In this document: in pieces, positions 1 through 6,922 of the stretch
Layout of the letters: each line of letters begins with the position of its first letter
Numbering within the stretch: position 1 is the first letter of the stretch
Sequence record: JN849462.1
DNA length: 64,000 bases
Strand: one strand, 5' to 3'
Translations under genes and position numbers: made by a program
The notes under the pieces: model-generated
What the model was told of the DNA's origin: nothing
Seen by the model: only the letters and a program-made list of their open reading frames with translations
Database searches by the model: none

Positions 1-237
1 TTCTTTTACTGATTGCATAATCTCAATGTTATCAAGCTGACTAGTATCAGGGTGATGATTTAGATTATCTAAGATAGGGAGTACTTGTTGATAGCAACCC
101 ATACCGATGAAGTTTATCATAAGTCTGTACTGCATTTCAACAGCAAATGTACAATATTTTCGAAGATTGCGTTTTACAATCTCACAGCGATGCAAGATAC
201 AATCAAGTTCGTCATTTATGTCATCAAACTTATTCAT
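1..237 (-). CDS. Hypothetical protein within the tRNA cluster (runs off the window edge; MNKFDDINDELDCILHRC...)
   Basis: Manually translated: ATG at 237 preceded by GAGG, open to base 1. Not in the supplied ORF track. Confidence 0.6.
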   Translation of the reverse strand, partial: MNKFDDINDELDCILHRCEIVKRNLRKYCTFAVEMQYRLMINFIGMGCYQQVLPILDNLNHHPDTSQLDNIEIMQSVKE

Positions 238-251
238 AAAACCTCGAAAAT

Positions 252-375
252 TGGTGGAGAGTGATGGATTTGAACCACCGACCAAAAGATTTACCTAGTT
301 ATTAAGGTTTGCAGCATGAATGCTTGTCAGTATTCTTTAACATTCTTTTGCTCTACCAGACTGAGCTAACTCTCC
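252..375 (-). ncRNA. tRNA-like RNA 1: 124 nt, encoded ACCA end, 54-nt expanded anticodon loop
   Basis: Minus strand: GGAGAGT/ACTCTCC acceptor, GCTC/GAGC D arm, AAAGA/TCTTT anticodon stem, GGTGG-TTCAAAT-CCATC T arm, ACCA. Loop spans 290-343. Confidence 0.85.
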
Positions 376-381
376 ATAATT

Positions 382-499
382 TGAGGGTGAAGTACAGGAC
401 TCGAACCTGCGACCTCCGGCGTGCATGTAAATGCAGAATGAAATCTTATCAGACTTCGTTTTTTGAGCCGGCATTCTAACCAACTGAACTAACTTCACC
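382..499 (-). ncRNA. tRNA-like RNA 2: 46-nt expanded anticodon loop, no encoded CCA
   Basis: GGTGAAGT/ACTTCACC acceptor, GTTC/GAAT D arm, CCGGC/GCCGG anticodon stem, AGGTC variable loop, GCAGG-TTCGAGT-CCTGT T arm. Loop spans 421-466. Confidence 0.85.
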
Positions 500-503
500 A
501 TAG

Positions 504-597
504 TGATCAACAGCCCTCAGAATACCCGCAGTCTACACCCTATAATAAGGGACTATACTGAGTCGTTTAATGAGTCGGATAACTCAACTGTTAATCA
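504..597 (-). ncRNA. Candidate structured ncRNA of about 94 nt
   Basis: Terminal stem TGATTAACAG/CTGTTGATCA encloses a TGAGT/ACTCA hairpin and a nested CTCAG/CTGAG, AGTC/GACT, CCCT/AGGG arm. Lies between two tRNA-like genes. Confidence 0.55.
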
Positions 598-613
598 AAT
601 TGTTAAAAACATA

Positions 614-739
614 TAGTTGCGGGTGCAGGATTCGAACCTACATCACGATCTTATGAATGATATGCGAAATTGATTGCCGTACAGATTCTTATCAGAATCA
701 GTTTTGTGCTACGTGTGCTACCACTTACACCAACCCGCA
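614..739 (-). ncRNA. tRNA-like RNA 3: expanded anticodon arm, 3' end ACTA instead of ACCA
   Basis: TGCGGGT/ACCCGCA acceptor, GTGT/GCAC D arm, GTAGG-TTCGAAT-CCTGC T arm, with an insert of about 65 nt. Confidence 0.8.
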
Positions 740-814
740 ACTATATGCTTTCGGGATGCTTACGCAGGTTCTTCTCTACGTAAGCACAGATCCTCAATGT
801 ATATTTTGCCTTAG

Positions 815-970
815 CTAATCACAACACAACCCAATATCGTGCGCTTTAATTACGGGATTGATGACCCGTTCGCATGTGATTAGCGTAAAAGTATGATTAC
901 GCACCTTTTCTTCTTCAATGTCCAAGGCAAAGAGGACTATGAATACCAGTGCGAGAAGATATACAATCAA
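815..970 (-). CDS. Possible small membrane protein (about 51 aa)
   Basis: GAGGTG six bases before a TTG start and a hydrophobic N-terminus (LIVYLLALVFIVLFAL). The longer ORF-track start overlaps tRNA-like RNA 4. Confidence 0.4.
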   Translation of the reverse strand: MIVYLLALVFIVLFALDIEEEKVRNHTFTLITCERVINPVIKAHDIGLCCD

Positions 971-1003
971 ATTGCTCACCTCGCTTAATAAGTGAGAGTA
1001 CAT

Positions 1004-1126
1004 TGGTCGAGTGTAACGGAATCGAACCGTTCCCACGATCTCCCTATGATATGCGTAAATTGGTTGCTGAATATAATCATGTCTGATTACAGTATGCTAC
1101 GTGTGCTGCCACTACACCAACACTCG
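1004..1126 (-). ncRNA. tRNA-like RNA 4: 123 nt, encoded ACCA end, paralogue of RNA 3
   Basis: CGAGTGT/ACACTCG acceptor, GTGT/GCAC D arm, AACGG-TTCGATT-CCGTT T arm, ACCA. Shares GCACACGTAGCA and CGCATATCAT...AGATCGTG with RNA 3. Confidence 0.85.
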
Positions 1127-1141
1127 ACCAATATACTCTCG

Positions 1142-1293
1142 ATATTTTAAATGTGCGCTACTTGCACGCCGACTGAGCGAATTTTAACTCAGCTAGTTTT
1201 TGTTTGAGACATCGTCCGCTAAGACTATTCTCTGCATGCCAGAACTTATACTGGCTCTATGTATTCATTTCGGCTAACGCACATTTAAAATAT
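1142..1293 (-). ncRNA. Candidate structured ncRNA of about 150 nt
   Basis: Perfect 16-bp terminal inverted repeat (1142-1157/1278-1293), GCCGA/TCGGC inner stem, and hairpins CTGAG/CTCAG (1173-1192) and GCCAG/CTGGC (1238-1255). Confidence 0.65.
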
Positions 1294-1294
1294 T

Positions 1295-1399
1295 ACTCAT
1301 CTTCAGAGAAGAGACAGAAACGATGAGTCTAGTCTGTTTAATCAATGTTGTTCATCTTCAAGAAGAGGCGAGAACGATGAACTTAGCTCGCTTAATCAA
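1295..1399 (-). repeat. Two tandem units of about 50 nt (1295-1345, 1350-1399), each a predicted pseudoknot
   Basis: Shared invariant segments (TTGATTAA, TCATCGTT, TCTTC, GAAGATGA) with compensatory changes in two interleaved stems. Confidence 0.75.
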
Positions 1400-1407
1400 C
1401 TGTGTTA

Positions 1408-1435
1408 ATCTTATCAGCTTCTCAGCGAAAGTCAA
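1408..1435 (-). promoter_or_regulatory. Sigma70-type promoter for the tRNA cluster (downstream promoter)
   Basis: TTGACT-N16-TAAGAT with an upstream A-tract. Confidence 0.65.
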
Positions 1436-1499
1436 CATCTTTTTCAAATATTTCATCGAGTTGAAAGTTTGTTTTCTGTCTCTCGACTCGATGAAATAC

Positions 1500-1527
1500 A
1501 TTCTACATCCTTTTCAGATGAAGTCAA
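1500..1527 (-). promoter_or_regulatory. Sigma70-type promoter for the tRNA cluster (upstream promoter)
   Basis: TTGACT-N16-TAGAAT with an upstream A-tract; followed by a 13-bp perfect hairpin (1449-1461/1486-1498). Confidence 0.65.
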
Positions 1528-1543
1528 CAACTATTTTAACTTT

Positions 1544-1798
1544 TTAAACGGAAATGATAATGCCGCTTTCAGTCTCACCTCGTTCAAGCGCAGCGTGCTT
1601 GATCTGAAGTTGTGATACTGCTTGCTGAAGTTCAATAATAGCTTTGTCATAAAGCTTGTTGTTCTCTTTAAGCAAAGCAATCTGATCGGTCTGCATACCA
1701 ATGATGTACGTTAGTAGAACAACGTTCTCATCAGTCGTCAGCGTTTCAGGCGCTTCATTGTACTTCTTCAGCACCGCTTCGGTAGATAGATCAGTCAT
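1544..1798 (-). CDS. Hypothetical coiled-coil protein (84 aa)
   Basis: ORF whose ATG overlaps the 57B stop (ATGA coupling); heptad-like C-terminal half. Confidence 0.7.
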   Translation of the reverse strand: MTDLSTEAVLKKYNEAPETLTTDENVVLLTYIIGMQTDQIALLKENNKLYDKAIIELQQAVSQLQIKHAALERGETESGIIISV

Positions 1799-2246
1799 TA
1801 TTAGCAACCCATTCTAGATCTAATGGTTCGATATATTCATCGACAAGGCGAACCTCTGTATTGATGAACATAGGGGTGATTACGTCGTCATAAGACAATG
1901 TGACGTGCGGAGTATAGTCAGGGTAATCGTGAGTACCACCGATAGAGATAAGGTCTTCGTGACGTTCTACAAGAGCAGGACATGACATCTTAGCAACGAC
2001 CGCGTGTTTACCGTCTTGCGTTTTCCAACAGTCAACTTGTTCAACAGTGGCAACGAAAGTGGTATCTACAACGGGCACATCAATTTGCTTACGACTATAA
2101 AGCACAGTCACGTGGAATTTATCGGGATCTAACGGATTTTTTAGACGAAGCGTTTTTTGCAAGCGAACTAGTTCTTGCTTACTTGCTTCGTCTAATTTGA
2201 TACCAACGTAAGTTCCCTGACTCTCAAGGAACTTAGATAGTTTCAT
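1791..2246 (-). CDS. 57B: gp57B-like 2H phosphoesterase (Acb1 anti-CBASS family)
   Basis: Two HxT motifs (FHVTVLYS, PHVTLSY); WKTQDG, THDYPDYTPH and EYIEPLDLEW match recalled T4 gp57B; syntenic with 57A and 1. Confidence 0.85.
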   Translation of the reverse strand: MKLSKFLESQGTYVGIKLDEASKQELVRLQKTLRLKNPLDPDKFHVTVLYSRKQIDVPVVDTTFVATVEQVDCWKTQDGKHAVVAKMSCPALVERHEDLISIGGTHDYPDYTPHVTLSYDDVITPMFINTEVRLVDEYIEPLDLEWVANND

Positions 2247-2512
2247 TATTCAGCTTCTTTCTCTTTTTCGCCGTCGCCTTCTACAGGGCGTTCAGCTTTA
2301 CCGGTTAGATAAGCGACTTCATCAACATAGTTCTGTAGAGAACTTGCTTTTTCTTGATCGAAGTCTAGCAGTTGAGCTAGTACACCAACGAATTGACCAA
2401 ATGAATTGCGTTCAGCTTGAAGTGCTTCTTGCAAGTCAAATGTACGAACTTTCAGATCTTTGATTTGCGCGTCTTTCTGTTCGATTACTTGTTCTGGAGT
2501 TTGTTGTGACAT
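2246..2512 (-). CDS. 57A: gp57A tail-fibre assembly chaperone
   Basis: Size, MSQQTPEQ start, coiled coil and acidic tail; position between genes 1 and 57B. Confidence 0.7.
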   Translation of the reverse strand: MSQQTPEQVIEQKDAQIKDLKVRTFDLQEALQAERNSFGQFVGVLAQLLDFDQEKASSLQNYVDEVAYLTGKAERPVEGDGEKEKEAE

Positions 2513-2521
2513 TTCTTCACC

Positions 2522-3160
2522 TTAAAATAATTTGTTGATTTGTTCATGTAGTTCTTCAAGAGAACCATTATTGTCTATTTGAATTGCATCTTTGATAAAA
2601 CCCAATTCAGTATCGCTAACGTGATTAGATGCAAGCGAACCTTCTCGGTTAACTTGAAGCATCGTGCCACCAAGCTCTTGTACCAATTCTAATTCGTTTT
2701 GAAAACGAACATCAGTGATTATAAACACCAAATCCGGGTTTTTAAACACTAGCTCATTGTATTTATTACGTGCGTAATTGATCCAATGTTGATCATCAAG
2801 CGAACGTGCAACGTCAGTGCCAGTCATTTGCAGTAAATCACGAATGCTGAACAGTTTCGTGTGAGGGAGCAACGTGTAGTAGACATAATCATAATCAGCG
2901 TCTACATTCGCGTACTCACAACAAGTCAAAACAAGTTCAATTGCTTCGTCGAGGGTAAATGTCGGGACTTCTCTATCAAAATTGTTTTGCCCGTCGATGT
3001 CTGCATACTCATAGCCATATTCTTTCAATCCAATGTACAAACCCTCTTTAATCGGGTCTGCAAACTTGTAAATGTAAGCATTATCACTATGAATATCTTG
3101 AATGGCTTGAGCTACAGTATCTTTGCCTGAGCGTTTTTGTCCATTTATTCCTATTATCAT
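2522..3160 (-). CDS. 1: gp1 deoxynucleoside monophosphate kinase
   Basis: GINGQKRSGKDT P-loop, RDLLQMTGTD and ITDVRFQNE motifs. Confidence 0.92.
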   Translation of the reverse strand: MIIGINGQKRSGKDTVAQAIQDIHSDNAYIYKFADPIKEGLYIGLKEYGYEYADIDGQNNFDREVPTFTLDEAIELVLTCCEYANVDADYDYVYYTLLPHTKLFSIRDLLQMTGTDVARSLDDQHWINYARNKYNELVFKNPDLVFIITDVRFQNELELVQELGGTMLQVNREGSLASNHVSDTELGFIKDAIQIDNNGSLEELHEQINKLF

Positions 3161-3196
3161 AATGAGTTACCAGTCAATAGTGTGTTTCGTCTATTG

Positions 3197-3380
3197 ATTA
3201 TACGACGAAAGTGCTATCTTCTAAACATGCACCAGCCATACTAGTTTCTCTAATATTTCTAATATCCCTAACTTCACTAAAACTACTAATACTACTAAGA
3301 TGATGCCCAATTTTTGGGCCTCAAATCCAAACCTGCCGCTTCGCTCTAGATTTAGATACAAAAAAGCCCCGAAAGGGGCT
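3197..3380 (-). repeat. Conserved intergenic element, copy A: terminator + GC hairpin + six CTAA at 9-bp period + promoter
   Basis: CTAA at 3250, 3259, 3268, 3277, 3286, 3295; terminator hairpin 3365-3380; TTTAGA-N17-TATAAT at 3197-3225. Homologous to copies at about 29.3 kb and 57.4 kb. Confidence 0.8.
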
Positions 3381-3392
3381 TATTGCTTTTTA

Positions 3393-3926
3393 CTAACCCA
3401 TATAGGGTGTGATGACTTCTTCTTTGCCATCGACTTTATGGATCATTTCAAAGTACGAGTATTCAAACTCAACATCACACGTTACAGTTTCAACATCACC
3501 TGCTTCAGTGTAGTTCCATTCAATAGCACTTAGAGACTTTGGAAACGCATTGACAAAGCGATACGTTGCAACAATCTTGTCTTTGTTATTGTCTAAAACA
3601 TGAAGCAACATAGTAACTGGAACAATCCCGTCACTTGTACTAGCACCAGTTGGGTTATTCATGGTGATTAACCACTTGTATAACTCAGCATAAGTACGCA
3701 TTTCTTCATCGACTAGAAACTGAATCGACAGGTCATCGTAAGATGTACCAGAACCTGCTACATGGTTGTTCGCTAGTTTGGCATATTTGGGACCTCGTGT
3801 AATACTTGCAATTTCCATATTAACACCCGGGATAGTGGCAGTTTGAATCTGCCACTGAAACGTTTGTGTTGCGTTGTTATCTGGGATGTCGATTCGGAAA
3901 TTATTCTTCATCGTCAAGTTTTTCAT
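3393..3926 (-). CDS. 3: gp3 tail tube terminator / tail completion protein
   Basis: TIPGV, YDDLSIQFLVDEEM and LHVLDNNK match T4 gp3; 177 aa. Confidence 0.85.
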   Translation of the reverse strand: MKNLTMKNNFRIDIPDNNATQTFQWQIQTATIPGVNMEIASITRGPKYAKLANNHVAGSGTSYDDLSIQFLVDEEMRTYAELYKWLITMNNPTGASTSDGIVPVTMLLHVLDNNKDKIVATYRFVNAFPKSLSAIEWNYTEAGDVETVTCDVEFEYSYFEMIHKVDGKEEVITPYMG

Positions 3927-5896
3927 TAGTTCACGTTACCTCTTGTAGACGGAATCTTAGCTTCACCGCTCGTAGTCAATGGGCGAGTGAAGTTGGTTGT
4001 ATTTTGCACTGAACTTACAGCGTTGTTGACGAAGTTCGTCCCAACTTCTTTTGTTTGTTGTGCTGCTCTGTATGCTGCTTCACGCGCTGCGACAGCTTCT
4101 AAGATCACTGAACGTTTAATCTCTTGGAATGGCTTAATCAACCCTTCTTCAATCATACGTTGTCTCTCAGCAGCAACGATAGCGTCTTCTTGCATTTGTT
4201 TCTTCTCAACTTCAGCCGCTAGGAACTTGTCTAGCGATTCAGTTGAACTTGCTAATGACTCGACTGGTCGTTTGATTGCATCGGCAGCGTTCTTAGCACC
4301 GTCTATAACCGCTTGTGCTGTATTCTTAGCACCGTCTACGATCATATCCCCTGCTTTCCCTAGATAGTCAGTTTGATAGCGTGCATTGAGTCTGTCCTTG
4401 ACTTCAGCCTTGCTTGCGTCAATACGCGCTCGGTTGCCTTCGATGTCTGCGCCAGCAATGAACTTCTCCATGCCTTCTGACTTCAGAAAATCAGGTAGTG
4501 CATTTAATGCATTCACGACGAACTCTTTAACGTTTAACATTAGGTCATCTATTGCTAACATAAGAAGTCTGAATGAGTCGGGGATTGATAGCCAACTTGC
4601 AATGATCTTATTAACCGCATTGACATACATTTGAAACGCACTTCTAACGAAAGAAGTTACCTTCTCGAAGCCAGATACGATTCCCTCAACTGCGCCTTCT
4701 GGTACAGCGTCTTTGATGTTTTCGCCGACGATTCCGAACCATTCACCAATCCCTCGAACCATATCCGTGAACCAGTTCGAGATTATACTGAATAGCATTG
4801 CTCGTTTTTCGGGGTCGCTAAAAATGTTCTTCAGCGCGCCGAAGATTCTGTCTAGCTCTTCTTCGAAGATTTTGTAAATACCATAACCTGCAACCATTGC
4901 AACTAGAGCCGCTGGGTTTAGCATTATCGCAACCATTCTACCTAGACCTAAGAATAATTGACGAACAACAGTCCACATCCATCCTTTTATGGTGCCGCTC
5001 ATATCAGTAGCAAGAGCTTGAACTATATTACCTGTTCCTTTACTAAACTTACCGAACCCTAGAAGAATGTTAGATGCGATTTTACCGAGCGTTCCGAATT
5101 TTGTTGCAGTCGAAGCAGCCATTGCCATTGATGTACTGAATGTCACCAATTGACCGCCTAACATCACTAACCCAACGCCGACAAGTCTGAATAATTTAGC
5201 AATCCATCCTAGTTTTTCACCAGCAAGGTGATTCGCGATACGTCGCAGATCACTAGCTTGATTGCGCTGAACTTTCATATTCTCTTTGTAGCGTAGTTGT
5301 TCAGTCTTACGATTGCGAGTTTCGGTAACGACTTGATACGCGAAAATTTTCTTGTACAATGCGCTTATAAAGCCCACAGTCAACGGGGCGTTGTTACCCG
5401 CACCGTTCTGTAGAAAACTGTTTAAATCGTCGGCAGCCGTCTTCTGAAGCCCTATAACGCGCTTCATGTCGTTGACTCTAAAGATCAGACGTTCAAACCA
5501 ACGATTAAAGCCCTCCTGCATACGTGCGAACTGCATTTTTGCAGTTAAGCGCATTTCTTGAATGCCACGATCAATACGAGACAAATGTCCTTTAAAGTCA
5601 AGAGTAGTCTTGATAATATCCGTTAGTGATATAATCGAAGCACGAACTTTATTGGAAGTTTGCTCAAAGTTTTCGATAACGCGCTGAAACAGATTCTTTT
5701 GCTGCGCCACCGCCTTTTCGTTTGTTTTAAACACCGACTGCATAGTTTCGAGCATAGACGTGGTCGTAATATCAATGTTGTTGATATGACGAGCGACGCG
5801 CTGCATCGTATAAACTTCAGGTCGGTCTTCTTGTTGGAGAATGATATGATCTAATCTTCCGATTATCTCATTCATTTTCTTGTCGTCAGCCGCCAT
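3926..5896 (-). CDS. 29: gp29-like tape measure / baseplate hub protein
   Basis: 656 aa, largely helical and Ala/Gly-rich with hydrophobic stretches; follows the gp26/gp51 chaperone genes. Confidence 0.6.
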   Translation of the reverse strand: MAADDKKMNEIIGRLDHIILQQEDRPEVYTMQRVARHINNIDITTTSMLETMQSVFKTNEKAVAQQKNLFQRVIENFEQTSNKVRASIISLTDIIKTTLDFKGHLSRIDRGIQEMRLTAKMQFARMQEGFNRWFERLIFRVNDMKRVIGLQKTAADDLNSFLQNGAGNNAPLTVGFISALYKKIFAYQVVTETRNRKTEQLRYKENMKVQRNQASDLRRIANHLAGEKLGWIAKLFRLVGVGLVMLGGQLVTFSTSMAMAASTATKFGTLGKIASNILLGFGKFSKGTGNIVQALATDMSGTIKGWMWTVVRQLFLGLGRMVAIMLNPAALVAMVAGYGIYKIFEEELDRIFGALKNIFSDPEKRAMLFSIISNWFTDMVRGIGEWFGIVGENIKDAVPEGAVEGIVSGFEKVTSFVRSAFQMYVNAVNKIIASWLSIPDSFRLLMLAIDDLMLNVKEFVVNALNALPDFLKSEGMEKFIAGADIEGNRARIDASKAEVKDRLNARYQTDYLGKAGDMIVDGAKNTAQAVIDGAKNAADAIKRPVESLASSTESLDKFLAAEVEKKQMQEDAIVAAERQRMIEEGLIKPFQEIKRSVILEAVAAREAAYRAAQQTKEVGTNFVNNAVSSVQNTTNFTRPLTTSGEAKIPSTRGNVN

Positions 5897-6063
5897 TATT
5901 GTTGTTCCTTATTCTTTTCTTGAATGTAATGTATAAGCTGTGCGGCATAGATTTCACGCTCGAATAGAACCATCGTTTCTAAGTCGTGAAGAGAAAAATT
6001 GCCATGAGTGATCATGGCAAAGTTTTCCTTGTAATACTCTTCGAGTGAGTATCTACCGAGCAT
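5896..6063 (-). CDS. 51: Small gp51-like ORF (55 aa, MLGRYSLEEYYKENFAMITHG...)
   Basis: Manually translated; TAATG overlaps at both ends; resembles the C-terminal part of T4 gp51. Not in the ORF track. Confidence 0.7.
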   Translation of the reverse strand: MLGRYSLEEYYKENFAMITHGNFSLHDLETMVLFEREIYAAQLIHYIQEKNKEQQ

Positions 6064-6911
6064 TATACGAAAAAATCTTCGATGCCTCTTAGCGTAACTT
6101 TCTCGTGATTACCACACTTAGGACATTTAACGTCAACGTATGTCGTAATTCGTGGAACTGAATCGACGAATGTCTGAACTTTTTTGAATGCTGCCGTATC
6201 AAGTTCGCCCATGATGTTCACAAGCTGACCTTGCTCTTCAAGTTCTTCTTTGGTGTAAACAGTATCACCAACATGAACTTCTTTAATTGATTCAACCGCA
6301 ATATTGAACAGACCTTGTGGTGTATTCGGGTCGTTGTTCTCATACACTCGAATTGTCGGGTGTTGGAGTTTGATAACAACTTTTGGGTTGACTCGAACTG
6401 TATCTTCACCTGTAAATTCAGGCACGAATGCAGCTTTCAAGTCGATATTGGTTCTGATACGTTCACCGCATAAGTGCTTCTCAGGTGCAAACACTGCTTC
6501 AATCGCTTCTTCGTTTGATTGATTCATAATCTCGGCAAAAATATCATCAGCCGATTTAGCCAGTTCAGCCTCTTCTTCTTCAGAAAGCTTTTGAAGTTCT
6601 TCTTCTGACTTCGGAGCACAGCAGTTGTATTCTGCTTGAATGTTAGTCACACCGTTACTGTTCATATACATATGCAGAAACAGATACTCAGAGTCACCAA
6701 CCGTTAGGTCATCCATTTTGATGTCAGATACAATGCAGTTTTCAAGACACTGTTCGATTGCGTCAATCTTCTCATCAGATTCATTTGCGATAAGCAATGC
6801 TTTATGCTCTTTTGCAAGCATTGCACGCAGTTTAATTTCTTCACCAGTTGATGGTAGTTTTACAGTATATTGTGGCGCAGCAAGTACGCTAATATCAAAT
6901 GCTTTAGTCAT
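6063..6911 (-). CDS. 26: gp26 baseplate hub assembly chaperone
   Basis: VKLPSTGEEIKLRAM, GDSEYLFLHM and the CPKC...LRGIEDFF C-terminus match gp26. Confidence 0.8.
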   Translation of the reverse strand: MTKAFDISVLAAPQYTVKLPSTGEEIKLRAMLAKEHKALLIANESDEKIDAIEQCLENCIVSDIKMDDLTVGDSEYLFLHMYMNSNGVTNIQAEYNCCAPKSEEELQKLSEEEEAELAKSADDIFAEIMNQSNEEAIEAVFAPEKHLCGERIRTNIDLKAAFVPEFTGEDTVRVNPKVVIKLQHPTIRVYENNDPNTPQGLFNIAVESIKEVHVGDTVYTKEELEEQGQLVNIMGELDTAAFKKVQTFVDSVPRITTYVDVKCPKCGNHEKVTLRGIEDFFV

Positions 6912-6922
6912 GATGTTTTACC

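Noticed and set aside
107-298. 63-aa plus-strand ORF
   Set aside because: It is antisense to an RBS-bearing ORF and to tRNA-like RNA 1.
290-1100. Group I/II introns in the tRNA-like genes
   Set aside because: The inserts of about 40-60 nt are far too short and lack catalytic core motifs.
252-1126. Calling the four elements functional tRNAs with assigned anticodons
   Set aside because: None has a 7-nt anticodon loop as encoded, so they are listed as ncRNA.
1295-1399. Mini-CRISPR array, or hammerhead/HDV-like (theta) ribozyme
   Set aside because: There are only two units with no spacers and no cas genes. The CUGANGA/GAAA hammerhead core is not in the required order, and the P3 element needed for an HDV fold is missing.
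1323-1547. 74-aa plus-strand ORF
   Set aside because: It has no RBS and lies antisense over the promoters and the pseudoknot repeat.
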